Source of the DNA: Tubiluchus corallicola
Taxonomy: Eukaryota > Animalia > Priapulida
Direction: 5' to 3'
Assembly: GCA_030141605.1 (NCBI GenBank)
Contig: JAQGDQ010000520.1
Location: 1 to 64,000, forward strand
DNA: 64,000 nt
Every line of letters begins with the position of its first letter. Position 1 is the stretch's first letter. The notes beneath the pieces are model-generated. The model did not search any database. It had not been told where the DNA came from and saw only the letters and a program-made list of their open reading frames with translations. The translations under genes and the position numbers were made by a program. Shown here piece by piece: positions 15,611 through 28,302 of this stretch.

Positions 15611-17254
15611 GATCCATTTCACCTAGTGAACGCGTGGCGAAATTTTTCGAGGAAAAATTCGTTGGGTGTGGTGCGTATGGAACATATTGCTTTCTATGAC
15701 GCATTTCACACAGGTGCCTCTTGGGGAATTTTTGGAGTTATTTTCCTCGTGAGGAATTCTATCGTCACCTAGAACCTCACGAAGAAATTTGCCGCTTGAT
15801 AGAAATGCAGTCTTGTTCCATTTTCGTGAAGATTTCTTGTGGAACTCACATTAAAATTTACTGCTCGTTCACTTCTTTATTGATTACCAAACGACAATTA
15901 GCGTACTTTAGAAAAAAATAATAATTAAACGCTTCTAACTTAATTCTTATTATATAAACGAGTTTTTCTTTCACTAACAGTGAGCACTATCTTCGTGAAA
16001 ACTAGTAAACAACACATGTACATAACTGTTATATAGGGTGGCGCAGAAAAAAATGTGCCGAAGTTTAGACTACAATAATATTAGAAACAAGTAGAAAGTT
16101 AAAATTTCACAGTATGATACTACAAAACATTAATCTTTGGATGTGGAAGTTACAGTTTATAGTTTTAGTGGCTTTTTAAGTTCTAGGCGAAAAGACTTTC
16201 CATGTTAAAAAATTAAATGCAGGAACAACGTCAACTACAATCGTCAACTGAAAAACAGCAACGGTGACGTATAAAGCACTCAATACATGGTAGCAAAACA
16301 ACAAGAAACCAAGAAATCAACCAGTTTACATCATGGTCACCATCACAGAAAAAACACTGATAATTTGTAGCCAAAAAAATGGGAGTTAGTCTTTTGGATT
16401 ATGTTATCTAGAATTTCCTTTAAGAGAGTGTACAATGGTCGCATACAGCCGTTTGATGCAAAGCAACTGCAGGCAAAAACTGCTGAGTGGCTGGGACCAA
16501 ATAAATATCCTCAAAGATTTGAGTAACTGTAACAGCTGGAGCAAGAAATGCTTTCGTGTAGTGAAAATGGTGGGCAGTTAACTGCCTTCACGTGAAATGT
16601 TTTATATAGGTTTTGTTTTTTATACTCTGTTAGGCAATCATTTAGTACTGCTTAGCGATTTTAGCTGTCCATATATGTACCTTTCAAATTTTTATTGTAC
16701 TAACAAAATGCAGTTTAAACCAAAATGGTAGACACATAAAGCATTTGCTGTAAATTTTAACAATAGCGGCACAAACATTTTTTGACATTTATTTTTTACT
16801 TGTTAATTTAAAATTTCTATACCCTTGAACAAATATAAGGGAGTGACTTAAAATTTTTGGTGTTTATACGCAAAGTCTGTATAACATCAGTGTGGTAATT
16901 TCCAAGCAATTCCCCTATTTTCTTCTTATAATATCGTGACTAAAACTTCGACACAACTGTGCGCCACTTGGGTACATGTATATCTACATTCTGAAAATGT
17001 GAAGTGGTTAGTAGTTACTTTAAAAATAAGGAAGTCTTTTTATTAATAAAACTATTTAATTCTTATTTTTACAACTTGCAACCTGTAAAGGCACTGAATG
17101 TTGGAACTAGCTGTATGTGTGTAAAAACTGCGTGGTTTCTGTGCGAAATGAACTTTTTTGCAGCATGCCTGTTGAGAAAAACTCGAAAATGTTATGATTT
17201 TCTATCAACAATTTCTTTCATAATTTTGCTTGTGTTCTCTTTGTGAAATGGGCC
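15611..17254. mobile_element. Old PIF/Harbinger-type non-autonomous element hosting a nested Tc1/mariner relic
   Basis: Imperfect TIRs GATCCATTTCAC... and ...GTGAAATGGGCC, flanked by TAA and TTA (TWA-type target). Confidence 0.55.
16034..16972 (+). mobile_element. Internally deleted, decayed Tc1/mariner element
   Basis: Imperfect TIRs (GTGGCGCA...GTG(C/T)CGAAGTTT). Frame-broken remnant at ~16380-16580 resembles the transposase C-terminus (LDY...RVY...ENGG). Confidence 0.6.
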
Positions 17255-20200
17255 TTAGAGATTATTTTTCGCTTATGCTCTTTGCTCCTTCCAGCCCAAC
17301 TTACGAAATTTCGCAAAATTATGTAAAACAATTTGGCCCATAAACTGCAAGACTATTTGAAAGCTTCGTAGCAACAACTGTGGACTTTTTACTAAGTGGA
17401 TATTTTTTGTGTTTTACGCTTACACCCAATTAATTGATAATTGCACAGAACTCGGTTTAGCAATCGTAGCAAGTAGAAGTGGGAACTTACTAAGCGATCT
17501 ATTGCCAAACTCTATCAGCTTGAAATGTTAGCTTATATTAGTAGACATATAGAGCAGTCGACTGGGCTCACAGCAGGATGGCAGGGGTGCTCTTCCTATG
17601 CAAACGTCTAAGACAAACATGTGGTAACCAGATCTATGGTTGGAATGCAGTAAACGCTTTCTCAAGACAACGCAAATTAGTTGGCGCGCCCATAAAAATG
17701 AGAGGGAGTATAATTTCAAATCTCCCACAAATGTGGCACAATGACAGGTAGCCTACCACAAAAACTAGACAGTCAATTAAAATGTAGCTTAAACGGTTGA
17801 AAATGTTGTTCACTGCGCAATTGATCATAGTTGACGGTGTGCTTATGCAGGGAGTGCCGCCCACGATGGTCACGCCCTGGCTTCACATTCATAATGCATT
17901 CTGGGATGTATGCATCTTGGTTAATGTAGTAGCATTTGCATTGGAGCATTTGTACATAGAATACTTACATAAAAACGCTATCAACGAATAATAATTATTG
18001 TGCTTTGGACCGACTGCGGGCTTGCGGCATGAATTAGGCGGATTCTAGTTCAAAACCTGGCTAACATCACTTAATGATTTCGACTAAGTTTAATAGATTA
18101 TTACTAAATTCAACTCTTTAATAGAAAAATCGATTTAAATTGCTCTATTTTCTGACAGTTGTTAGTCAGTTTGTTAAGGCTGTCACACGTACATTCCACA
18201 AATGTACATATAAAAATTATAGTTATAATTCCACAAATTATTATGAAGGCCCTAATTAATAAATTATATTATTATTTGTTGCATAACGTTAAGTTGTTGA
18301 TCAACACATTTTAAGTTATTTAAAGGCATGTTTGTGGTTATTCAGTTGTATTCAACTATTCACATTGAATCAGATAACGTGTATTTGGTTGAATGCGGTC
18401 TTGCTATTTATCCTACAACAAATTTAACAGAATAAAAAGGTGATGCTGAACTTGAACTCAGGTGCATTTTTAAAGACGCAACGTTTACAGAAGGGTTAGT
18501 TTAGAATGGTTAATTAGGTGTAGATTTTGAATATGACCCTACAGAAAAGCTTCAATCTGAATTTTCAATATAAGTTCTTACTTCTTAGTAATATTTAATG
18601 GTTATTTTTTCAAATTTCAAATAACACAATTATACCAAGTTTTCAGACATTGTCTTCATGTTATTTTAAACTGACGCAATTGATACTTGATAACAGAAAA
18701 AACGTCTATAGCCAGGCTTTTTGTTGCCGTTTATTTTATTTAGAAGCTAAATTGTTGTAATCTAATATAAGCAATTATTGCATTAATAGAAATTCCAAAC
18801 TGTTCCAGATGTTGTAAAACTCTGCTTGTGGTGTCAGTGGCGTTTACTGTTTATGTTTGGTACGTGAACTCTTTAAGCAATATATTAAACTAGCCATCTT
18901 AATTTATACTCTACCGAGAATAAAATTTTTGGCATTGTGCAAGCTAGAATCCAATAATCAATAAAAGGACCTACTTAATCTGCATCTGGCAGGACCGGTA
19001 TCCAGCATATTATTAAGACAAACCCTCCAGATGAGACACCGAACCGTTAAAGAAATCACATTTGGACGCGAATAAGTCCTCTCTCAAAGAGGTAAACAAC
19101 CACAATTCCCAATGTGTAAATATAAAGCTGCCCAAGACTCTGCACTTACTCCAACTATTTCACTGAGCGCCCTGAGCATTGTTTACCTTTGGTTGTGAAA
19201 CACACACATGAGACCACTCGACTGATGTAGGCAGGTAAATTATTGCCAAGTAATAAACTCTAGTCCACTCAAAACTGGTTTCCAAAGGACACTATTTATC
19301 TAAAATTAGGCAATGGCATGGGTACAAAGCATGCTGCAAGTTGCACTACTAGAGTTACAGTGTTCCAATAAACCTCTTACATCGTTTCATTGTCTCTTTT
19401 CAGAAAATCTGTATCTTTTAGTTTTTCGTCACCCCGTCTCATTTCTGGTTTATTTTATTTTTACTTTTGTATATGTTTACTTTGTAAATATTTGAGACAC
19501 ATAAATTACTAACTTACTTATTATCACTTGTGGTGTTACTACCACGCTCCACCTATAAATTATCTCCTATGATTCAGAAGCTAATCTCACATAAAGCCAG
19601 TTTTATAAAATCTAGGTATTTGAGTATTATGACATAACAGCTTTATTGATTTTAATACTGTGTTAGTTTAATAGAGTAGCCTTGCATGCTGCACCACACA
19701 ACAAGGACCCAAATAGTTAGCATTAAGACTCGGATCAGAAATACTGAACCATGTACACCATATACATTTACCAAATGAAAATTTGAATGACACTAAACTG
19801 CTGCAAATTGTAAAGTCACTCAACTGTTGTTAATATAATTGTGTCGTTATCAATACCAGCTGCAGTATAATTTGCAACTGCTTTGTTAAAACTGCAATAT
19901 AAGCTCACAAGATGAAATCATATTGCAAAACCTCCAAGTTCATTTCACATGCTAAAATGTTTAAATAATATTTATAAGGTGAAATACTAATTTTGAATTA
20001 ACTAAAATTAATAATTAATGTTTAATTAAATCATTGTATTCAATGTGAACAGTGTCAAAATCTAAAGGCATTACCGTACTTCGTATTCACTGCACTTCAC
20101 TATGCGTGATTTCAAAACATCGTTACACAACTTTACTAGATTTTAGACAATATACTACCTTGTTAGATTGGTAAGTTGTGTTGCATGGATTAAAGTAAAT

Positions 20201-21482
20201 TAAATCCAATTTAAATTAAAATTAAAAGGTTTTTCCCGCAACCTAACACTTTAATAAGGATGCACGAGAGCAACATGACCCATAAATAAGATGTATGACA
20301 TATCATAACTCATCGTCATGTAAAACATTCGGTCGGAATTAATATGTCAATAAGTCTAAAAATTCTGGTGGTATGATATATAATGTATTTTACAAATGTG
20401 TTGAAGACAATGTATTAATTGAATTTTTTACATAATTATACTTAATGCATAAAGTAATACAGTATTGGACTAAAGAAGTGAAGTGACATGCTGCAAACGA
20501 AGATTTATCTAAGAAGTTCATAGAATTTACCTACAACATAAATATACAGTAAATGTCTTTGATTACACTTATCAAAAATTACACGCTATTTGCATCATCA
20601 TGTTGAGACAAGGACCTCACTGACCTCTAATGAAGTGAATTAAAACAAATAACACAGGTGACTAGTACTAGTGACTTGTTAGCACTACCTCTATACTTAC
20701 TTCTTTCAATCAAACGACACGTGACTGTATAGATTAGACAAAACAGATTTAAATGCGCTAATTTATGGAACTTATGCCCATGTGATGTAGAGAAATCACT
20801 GAAAAAAGGTAAATTGATCAATTGTTCAAGGTATAATGCAACAGTAAGCAGCCCCTACAGTAATATTTTTTACAAACCACATCCACTAAAATTAAATTTT
20901 ACGGCAAAACTATTTTAGCACGTGTAACGTTTAGCTGCAGCTGTTTTCAAGAGGGCCTACTTTTCTGTAAGTTTTTACGTCAGAAAGATCAACTTGCAAG
21001 ACAAACTTTGAACAAATGAAATAACAGAACTTACACTAATTATTATAACAGGTAAGACGAAATTGATAATTAACATTTTATCTTGCTAATAAACAAAGTT
21101 GGGAAATGTTATAGAAAGAAGTTTCTATTTGCATCTTTGCTTACTGTTGCTATTTAATAATAAATGCCATTGATTTGAGTTTTTTTGAAAAATTGTCATT
21201 AGTTAAATTTGTTAAGCTTTAAACTTTATCTCGAACATTTACCATTAATTTTAGCTTTGTTTTTAAATATCATACACGAGGCTACAAATCTGAACTATAC
21301 ACTGGACAAACTACTCCAATTGGATAATATAAATGACAGAAATGGTGCTTTTTTAAACAAACTTAAACATGTCCCAAATAAAATTTATTAATTAAACATT
21401 TGACATCTAACTTATTACTGAAAAGAAAGATCATGGTAAAACAATAACTAATAATGCAAACATTATCCAGGGAGCTTCACCT

Positions 21483-22664
21483 TCACGAAACCTTTGACTT
21501 CTGAGTCAAGTATTTGTAGCAAATGTAACACACAATAACAGTTTCTAGTCGAGCAGCAGGTGAAGTGGCACCGAAAAGAGAGCGTGGCACTTTATAGCAA
21601 CAGCAGCGCGAACAGTAATGATTACCACAATGCGAACAATGAAATCTTCTTTTAAGTATGGGGGAAAATGCTGCATTACAACCAATGCAGTTTCCAAGAT
21701 TCGACTTACGTTGCTGATGGCGTTGCTTCAGTTCTAACAATCTGCTTTTTAAACTCAGCTTTTCTGACTCTAAGGTATTTCCGTGGTGCTTGCTGGACTT
21801 TGCTGTTCCAATACTAGGAATACTATGCACAGAATCATCTTCGTCCTCATTTCTCATGTCCTCAATCTGCTCTTCTTCTTCCATGTCTTCACTAAGTTCT
21901 TCAATTAGTTTTTCTACATATGCAACATCGTCATCTGCTGAGAAATGTTGCTCCGAAACCCGCAGCCATTCAGAAGCAAGTGGAGATTTTTCAGTTTCCT
22001 TCTTATATGCTTGGTGCTCAAAAGAAGGACAGGTGGAAACTGACATAGCTTCTATTTTTGATGACAGAACAAATCGCGAACAAAATCCATAAAGCATAGT
22101 GAAATTTATGATAACCAAAGCAAATACCCACATCGGCATGTAAAATATCAGAACGCAACAAGAAACACAGAGCACAAAAACAATAGCAGATACTAAAGGA
22201 AACGACCATGCCAAAATACGAAATATTCTGTCAAGCATGTGATTAGCATCAATAACAAGATCATCTATCTTTTTCAGTACAAGAAGGAATTCTTGTATCA
22301 AGGGGTCATGTGGCCCATCTCTTTCTACAGACTCTACCACTTGTACATTCATGATGTCAGGAAGACACTTGTGCAACAACTTCGTTTTGTAATTCACCAC
22401 TCCAACAAATGCTGCCAAAAATAATTGCATAATCAGAAGAATGAAAACGTCATCTTGAGTGGAAAAAATGGCTAAACAGTTCCCTAGTGTTAACACCACA
22501 AGAGAAAATAATACTGACTTCCACATAATCATGTAGACAAAGAAACTCCATACGTCTCGTGTTGGTTTCAGAAGTATCATCAAACATTTCACATGATATA
22601 GAAAATCGTAGATGCTGAATACGTCATCAACGTAAGAACTGGGAATGTCTCGACCATCCTCCAT
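21483..22664 (-). CDS. ZFYVE27: Protrudin (ZFYVE27)-like ER membrane protein, 393 aa, single coding exon
   Basis: Uninterrupted ORF with N-terminal hydrophobic segments, an acidic tract, a likely coiled coil, and a C-terminal non-canonical FYVE domain CIGCNAAFS...KRRFHCSHCGNHYCSRCC.YKVPRSLFGATSPAARLETVIVCYIC that matches the protrudin-specific KVP...GAT.P.A..ETV.VC signature. Confidence 0.88.
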   Translation of the reverse strand: MEDGRDIPSSYVDDVFSIYDFLYHVKCLMILLKPTRDVWSFFVYMIMWKSVLFSLVVLTLGNCLAIFSTQDDVFILLIMQLFLAAFVGVVNYKTKLLHKCLPDIMNVQVVESVERDGPHDPLIQEFLLVLKKIDDLVIDANHMLDRIFRILAWSFPLVSAIVFVLCVSCCVLIFYMPMWVFALVIINFTMLYGFCSRFVLSSKIEAMSVSTCPSFEHQAYKKETEKSPLASEWLRVSEQHFSADDDVAYVEKLIEELSEDMEEEEQIEDMRNEDEDDSVHSIPSIGTAKSSKHHGNTLESEKLSLKSRLLELKQRHQQRKSNLGNCIGCNAAFSPILKRRFHCSHCGNHYCSRCCCYKVPRSLFGATSPAARLETVIVCYICYKYLTQKSKVS

Positions 22665-23949
22665 TCTGACAAGCTGGCATCTATCCAGTGGCTGTCTCAG
22701 AATTTTTTATCTCCCGATGAACTTACCAAGTTGCCCATAATTTTCTAGAAATAGGCAACAAAAGCTTAAATGCAAAACAACTATGCTCTACCTGCTGCTC
22801 ATGATTCTTTGTTTATTTGGATTTTAGATACATTGAAGAAATGCATGTACACTAAATCAATAACAAAATTCCTAATTTTAGGCTTTCCAAAATTATGACA
22901 CAAAAACAATTGCCAAGTGAGAAAAAGAATTAAAAAAATATCACAAACACACCTTATATTAAGATATTAAAAAATACCTCCAAAACAGCATTTACATGCA
23001 CAAGAATAATGCGGAATTATTATTAATATATTAAAAATCTGTTTCATCAAGAAAAATATAAATTGTATGCCAATTCATACGAAAAATGCAAAATGAGCAG
23101 CATAGCCCACCAGAAATCACTGAAGAAGTAAAAAAGGCCAGATTATTTAACCTGCAATGAAAATCTCTGTCAAAATTTCACATATTCCCATGTGGACTCC
23201 CGATTAATTTAATAATATGCAATTGCCGAACAGAAGAGAGGACAGAAGATGATGGTTGAGTGGGGCATTTATTTTTTTGCTTTTATTTATTTATTTTATT
23301 TTATTGTTTATTTCACCAACAAACGCCATTATTCATTTATTTTGCAGCTAAAAATTTGTGATTTACTCTATTGAATGCCTCAGACGAAACCGCTAGTGCC
23401 ATCATGGTTGCAGCACTTTTTTCACTAGTAGTAACAATATTATATTGTCCAAACAAAATAAACGTACTAAATGAGATAATACTATTATTATCTCATTACA
23501 TAAATGAGATAATAATAATAACTGCCTAAATTGCATACGACCTCCTGAAGATGTAATGCCATTTAATGCTATTTATTAAGTTTTTCATAATATCTTTTCT
23601 TTTATAAGTTCCAAGTGAAGGCTGTACATCATTAACTACCTGCAAGATAATTATAGTACTGCAACAGTCTCACCTATTATAGCCACTCTTTAGTCTCATT
23701 CTAAGTGCAACATTTCGCTATAAAAGCGCATGTTACAAAAAATTGTTTTATATAGTAAACAAAATGCAAACAAATAACAAGACACCAATCAAACACAGAA
23801 TTTTCAAGAGACAAAAACAGACAAACAAGGCAGAAAATCTTAAAAGGCAATATAAGAAACCTTCAGTGATTTCATATCGGCCTCTCTTCTAGTGTGGTAG
23901 GCACTTATCTCTTCTGAGTGCAAGCCTAATTTAAGTCTCTGTCTTCTTT

Positions 23950-24700
23950 TTTATATCTCTAAATCGGCTTCCAACAACTTTCATACTGTTAGAGCTTGGT
24001 TAATTGGAACATTTACGTCCTTCAATTTATCTACTATAGTGCCACCCACGACAATTCACTATACGTACGGCATAGTGTTAATTGGCAGAACTATCCCATT
24101 TAGCTTTCCTGTGAAACGGAATGACCTAGCTAGCTGTTCCATTTACCAGGGAACTTTTTCTCTTCTAGTGTCTTGTTGAACAGTGGTAGAGCTAAGTAAT
24201 AGCTTGTATCTTGAACGGCCTTTGAATGCTCATATCTGTATCTAGTGTTTTGAATTAATTAGTTTCTTGAGTTCTTTTTCAGCAATAGGTGTCATATACT
24301 AGAATCTTTTTGTTCAAAATTAAGAATTCCCTGTTTACCTTTGTTTGCAACGACAGAGAGCAATTGCATTAATTCAAATTTTGATAATTTGTACGTTTCC
24401 AATGTCATTTCATTCAACATCAATTCCATGATTCCATGGCTTAAAATCTCCGCCATGTTGTCTGGCAATGCATTACTTAATTATGACCAAAATGTTCTTA
24501 TCTTTAACTTAGTTCAATATTTTATTCAACTTTCCCCTGGCTAGCTGCAATAATGTTCCTTTCTTTTACCATTTGTTTGAATCTATCTTACTTGTTCCTT
24601 CAGCTTTCTTACTGATTTTTGTTAGTTTGCAATTATGGTTCTGTGCTTTGTTTCAATGATGCTGCAAATATCTGAAATGTTTTATTAGCTTAATTGCTGT
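23950..24700 (-). mobile_element. Heavily decayed LINE ORF1-like remnant
   Basis: Broken minus-strand frames with coiled-coil-like composition and fragments resembling ORF1 motifs. No intact ORF. Confidence 0.35.
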
Positions 24701-24737
24701 CTGCTCTAAAGATTAACCTCATGTGAAAAGTAAAAGT

Positions 24738-26290
24738 AACTAGCTGACAATGTTTCAGACATGCTCATGAAGGTTTTCAAACAATAGTTATAAAATTGAG
24801 CCTTAAAAATGAAGAGACGGCAGCCTTTTTTGAAAGGTCTTTTCTTTCTTTTATTGAATTGGCCATGCTTGAACACGTAGGAAGTCATTTCACAATGAAA
24901 CCTCAGCATTTAATTGTTCAGCCTGTCACCCACGGGTCAAAGGTTAATCAATTTCAGTATAATTTATTTCACTTAGTTTATCTCTTTGAGACCTTCATTT
25001 GATATACTACAAGCTAGTTTTGGTTGACATTGGAAATTCATTTCCTCCTCACCCCCTATTTTGTCCCTAGAGGGCCACAGGTTAACTGTTCTTATTGCAA
25101 CATATGCTATTCGATTCGTTTCATTGAGACCTTTCATTGGATATACTACATGGTACTACTGCTCGATAGGGGTGAGCATTCTCTACCAGAAAGCGAATTC
25201 GAATCGAACCGAATTTGTGACTCTCGAATTCGAATCGAACCGAACTTCAGTGCTTCGAATTCGAACCGAATTCGAATTGAGATTGAAAGATTTTCGAACT
25301 AGTTTTCGAACCACCAGTAAAAATTAGTCTTACAAAAATTATGCATGTTACTGGATTTTGTTCTACAATAAAACGACTAGTAATTGGTATAAAATTGTGC
25401 ACAGAAATCACAGCTAAATCACGCTAATTGCATGATGTTTCAATCGTTTTAGTGATAAAGAACATATGTGATTGAAGTGCTGAATTATTCGAATCTATAG
25501 TTTTGGATTCGAATCGAGTTCGAACTAAAAAAACTCGTTCTAATCGAATTCGAGCGTTCGAATTCAATTCGAACGTTCCATGCTCACCCCTACTGCTTGA
25601 CACTTGGGGCATTTTTCTTCTGGATCCCCTTTTTCGGTTTTTGCCCCCTACTGGGGTCAGAAATCAGGCAACCTCTGGGTAATTAAAATCATTCGATTTG
25701 TCTCTTTGAGATATTTGGTTTAATACACTACAAGCTAGTTCCTGTAGGCAATGGAAAGCATTCCTCGACCCCTTTTTTGCCCTCTGCTAACTTTCATTTG
25801 ATAAGCTACCATTGCTCAACACTCTGTGCACCTCTGTTCCTGATCCCCATTTTTTAGTTTTTGCCCCCTAGTGGAAAAATTTCCTCTATGAGCATGCCCC
25901 ATACTTTGAGCCTTGCAAGACCACGACCCCGCCTAGCATAATGCCAAATATTGTAGCCCTAGCTCGAAGACTATGCGAGCAGATGGATCATAGAGGAAAA
26001 TAAATGAAGACCCGCACTGTGACCTTTGACCTGGCAACTCGGGTCACATGTATACATAGATAACTTTGCCCAGAGAGTGTACCCTGCAAATTTTGTGTCC
26101 CTTGCCCTCAGTATGTAAAAGGTCACCAATAAGAGGGACCCCAAATTTTGCATTTTGGCCCCTCTGTCGGGCACTTAAAGCTTGTCAGCTTTTAAAAACC
26201 CTTGATTCACTGGCCAGTGGTCCCCCGCCCAAGGCTACCAACACTGTGAGTGGGGATGAAAAAGTGTGGCAACCAATGACCCAGTATTTG
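24738..26290 (-). mobile_element. Helentron/HINE-like non-autonomous element, copy 1 (inverted relative to the copy at 37968-39548)
   Basis: Reverse-complement homology with 38270-39548 (GGTCAAAGGTCA and TACACTCTCTGGGCAAAGTTAT shared; ORF-track peptides at 25971 and 38246 both contain LRARDTKF..YTLWAKL...CDP.CQVKGH). Internal subrepeats resemble GAGACCTT(T)CATTTGATATACTACA. Confidence 0.75.
25167..25592. mobile_element. hAT-type MITE with TTCGAA-rich subterminal repeats, nested in the Helentron-like element
   Basis: TIRs TAGGGGTGAGCAT / ATGCTCACCCCTA. 8-bp TSD CTGCTCGA (25159-25166) vs CTGCTTGA (25593-25600), differing by one CpG transition. Confidence 0.9.
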
Positions 26291-26299
26291 GTTGTTGGC

Positions 26300-28295
26300 C
26301 CATGTATTAGGCCCAAATATTTGATTAGTCTGTTTCTTCAATTTTGTGTTTGTTAATTATAATATGAAATTTTGGATTATTAGCATTGTTAATTTGCTTG
26401 TTGTTGATTATCATAAATTTGGTTTTTTTGTAGTTAATTGATGGCTGGTTTGCTCTCATTCACAGGTCTATTTTCTTCATTTCTTCATTGACAGATTTAT
26501 GCAGATTATTTATATTGGAGTCAGACATGAACAAATTAGTGTCATCGGCAAATATTCGGGTTCGAAAGTTGATGCATGTGGGAAAGTCATTAATATAAAT
26601 TAAGAATAGAAGAGGTCCTAAATTAGAGCCTTGTGGCACTCCACACGATATGTGTTTATAGCCTGATGATACGTTGTTAATAGGTATGAATTGTTTTCTG
26701 TTAGTTAGATATGACTGAATTAGTTGCAAAGGTAGACATAATAGCTTCATTTGGCTATTAGTATACTATGCTGTACGGTATCAAAAGTTTTTGATAAGTC
26801 TAAAAATATTCCACAATTCAGTAATTTTTTGTCAGTGTCTAGAGAGATCGTGTCTATTAATTCGGATACAGCATGGGCAGTCGAATAATTTTTTCTGAAA
26901 CCAAATTGGTATTTACTTAGGATATTGCTTTTCACAACAAACTGGTATAATCTCTTGTAAATTAGCCTCTCAAAAACTTTTGATACTGGTGATAAGAGAG
27001 ATATTGGTCTGTTCATGTTGAGAGCCAGTTTTATATAAAGGAATAACTTTTGCTATTTTTAATATATTTGGAAAAGTTCCACAAATAACCGATTTATTAA
27101 ACAGTAATGTGAGTGTTGGTGAAATAATTAGACTTGCAGATTTGACTTGCAGATATAGTGGTATTCGCTAAGTCATCTTGACTAGATAGAGTTGAAAGTT
27201 TATAATAATAACTTTCTTGATAAGGAAGAAGGTTAAATTGTCAGAGCAGTGCAGCTTAAATGGGGCCACTATATTTTCATTATATTTACAGGGTCTAGCA
27301 CATTTATTGCAAGGGTACCTAACTGCTATAAATAATACATTTTTTACACATTAACTTGTTTTATTCACTACTTTGCGAATATCTGCTTCTGTTTCTATAC
27401 CAAACACTTCAGTTTCATCATTGTATTTTAACAAAAGTCTACCATTTTTGGTTCACAAATATTTAAAACGTTTTTCTTTTTTGAATTGCTTAACATCATA
27501 AAATAGTTGTTTTCGTTTTTGAGTCAAACTCTCATTAATGTAGATTCTCTGCCTTCCATAATGGTATCTCCCAGTACATAAATCACTGGTATATCCGACT
27601 TCGCCTCTTTTCTTATACATTTCATCCCTCTTGGTTTTCCTAACAAACTTCACTATGATTTTTGGTGTTTCTTTCCTTATGTTTCTTGGTAATTTGTGCG
27701 ACACACTGATATTACTGTCACTTATTTGCACTCCCATTGTGTTTGCTATATCTTTCACAGTCTCATCCATATCTTCTCCCTTTGTCTCAGGTATCCCACT
27801 AATCTCCAAATATTCTCTCTTGCTATATTGTTCTAATCTGTCAATGGTTACATCTTTGTCTTTAACTGACTCTTGTAAAGTAGCAACAGTTAACTCCAGG
27901 GATTTTATTTAGATGTAAGTGAATTTACCTGTCTGACTATGCCTGGAAATTCCTTCTGCATATTCTCAAAGCTGTTTGAAATAAACTGTTGCGATTGCTT
28001 ATTTTCTTCTGTTTCTTCAGAAAATTTTCTGTCTAATGCAGTAACCTGCTCTTGTAAGCTTCGAATGGCATTCAAACACTGTAGGCTGACTGACTGATCA
28101 GTGATCACTTTATGCCGTCATGTTGTTTTGTATATACTGGGTATTCGTTGGTAAATTTTGCGTAGTATCAGCTCTTTGTTCCGAAGCCGTTTGCTTTCCC
28201 GCCATACTTTAATTATTTGGCTCGTTACTAGAAGCGTTTTGTGCACTCATCTTAGCAACAGACTGTGTTCTTTTTGTTGTGTTTTGTCTGTCTCG
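26300..28295 (-). mobile_element. Decayed CR1/L2-group LINE: ORF1 plus RT domain, endonuclease region deleted, 3'-truncated
   Basis: ORF1 fragments at 27453-28205 (coiled coil; EISGIPE...IIVKFVR...IYINESLT). RT fragments at 26460-27140: RPISLLSPVSKVFERL, QFGFR, FLDLSKTFDTV, GVPQGSNLGPLLFLIYINDF, FADDT. Frameshifts and stops present. Confidence 0.9.
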
Positions 28296-28302
28296 GAAGG
28301 CT

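Noticed and set aside
21790-22092. Ser-rich 100-aa ORF on the plus strand
   Set aside because: Antisense shadow of the acidic region of protrudin.
25190-25580. Repeated TTCGAA/TCGAAT units as a possible CRISPR-like array
   Set aside because: No constant repeat-spacer period; these are subterminal repeats inside a hAT MITE with TIRs and a TSD.
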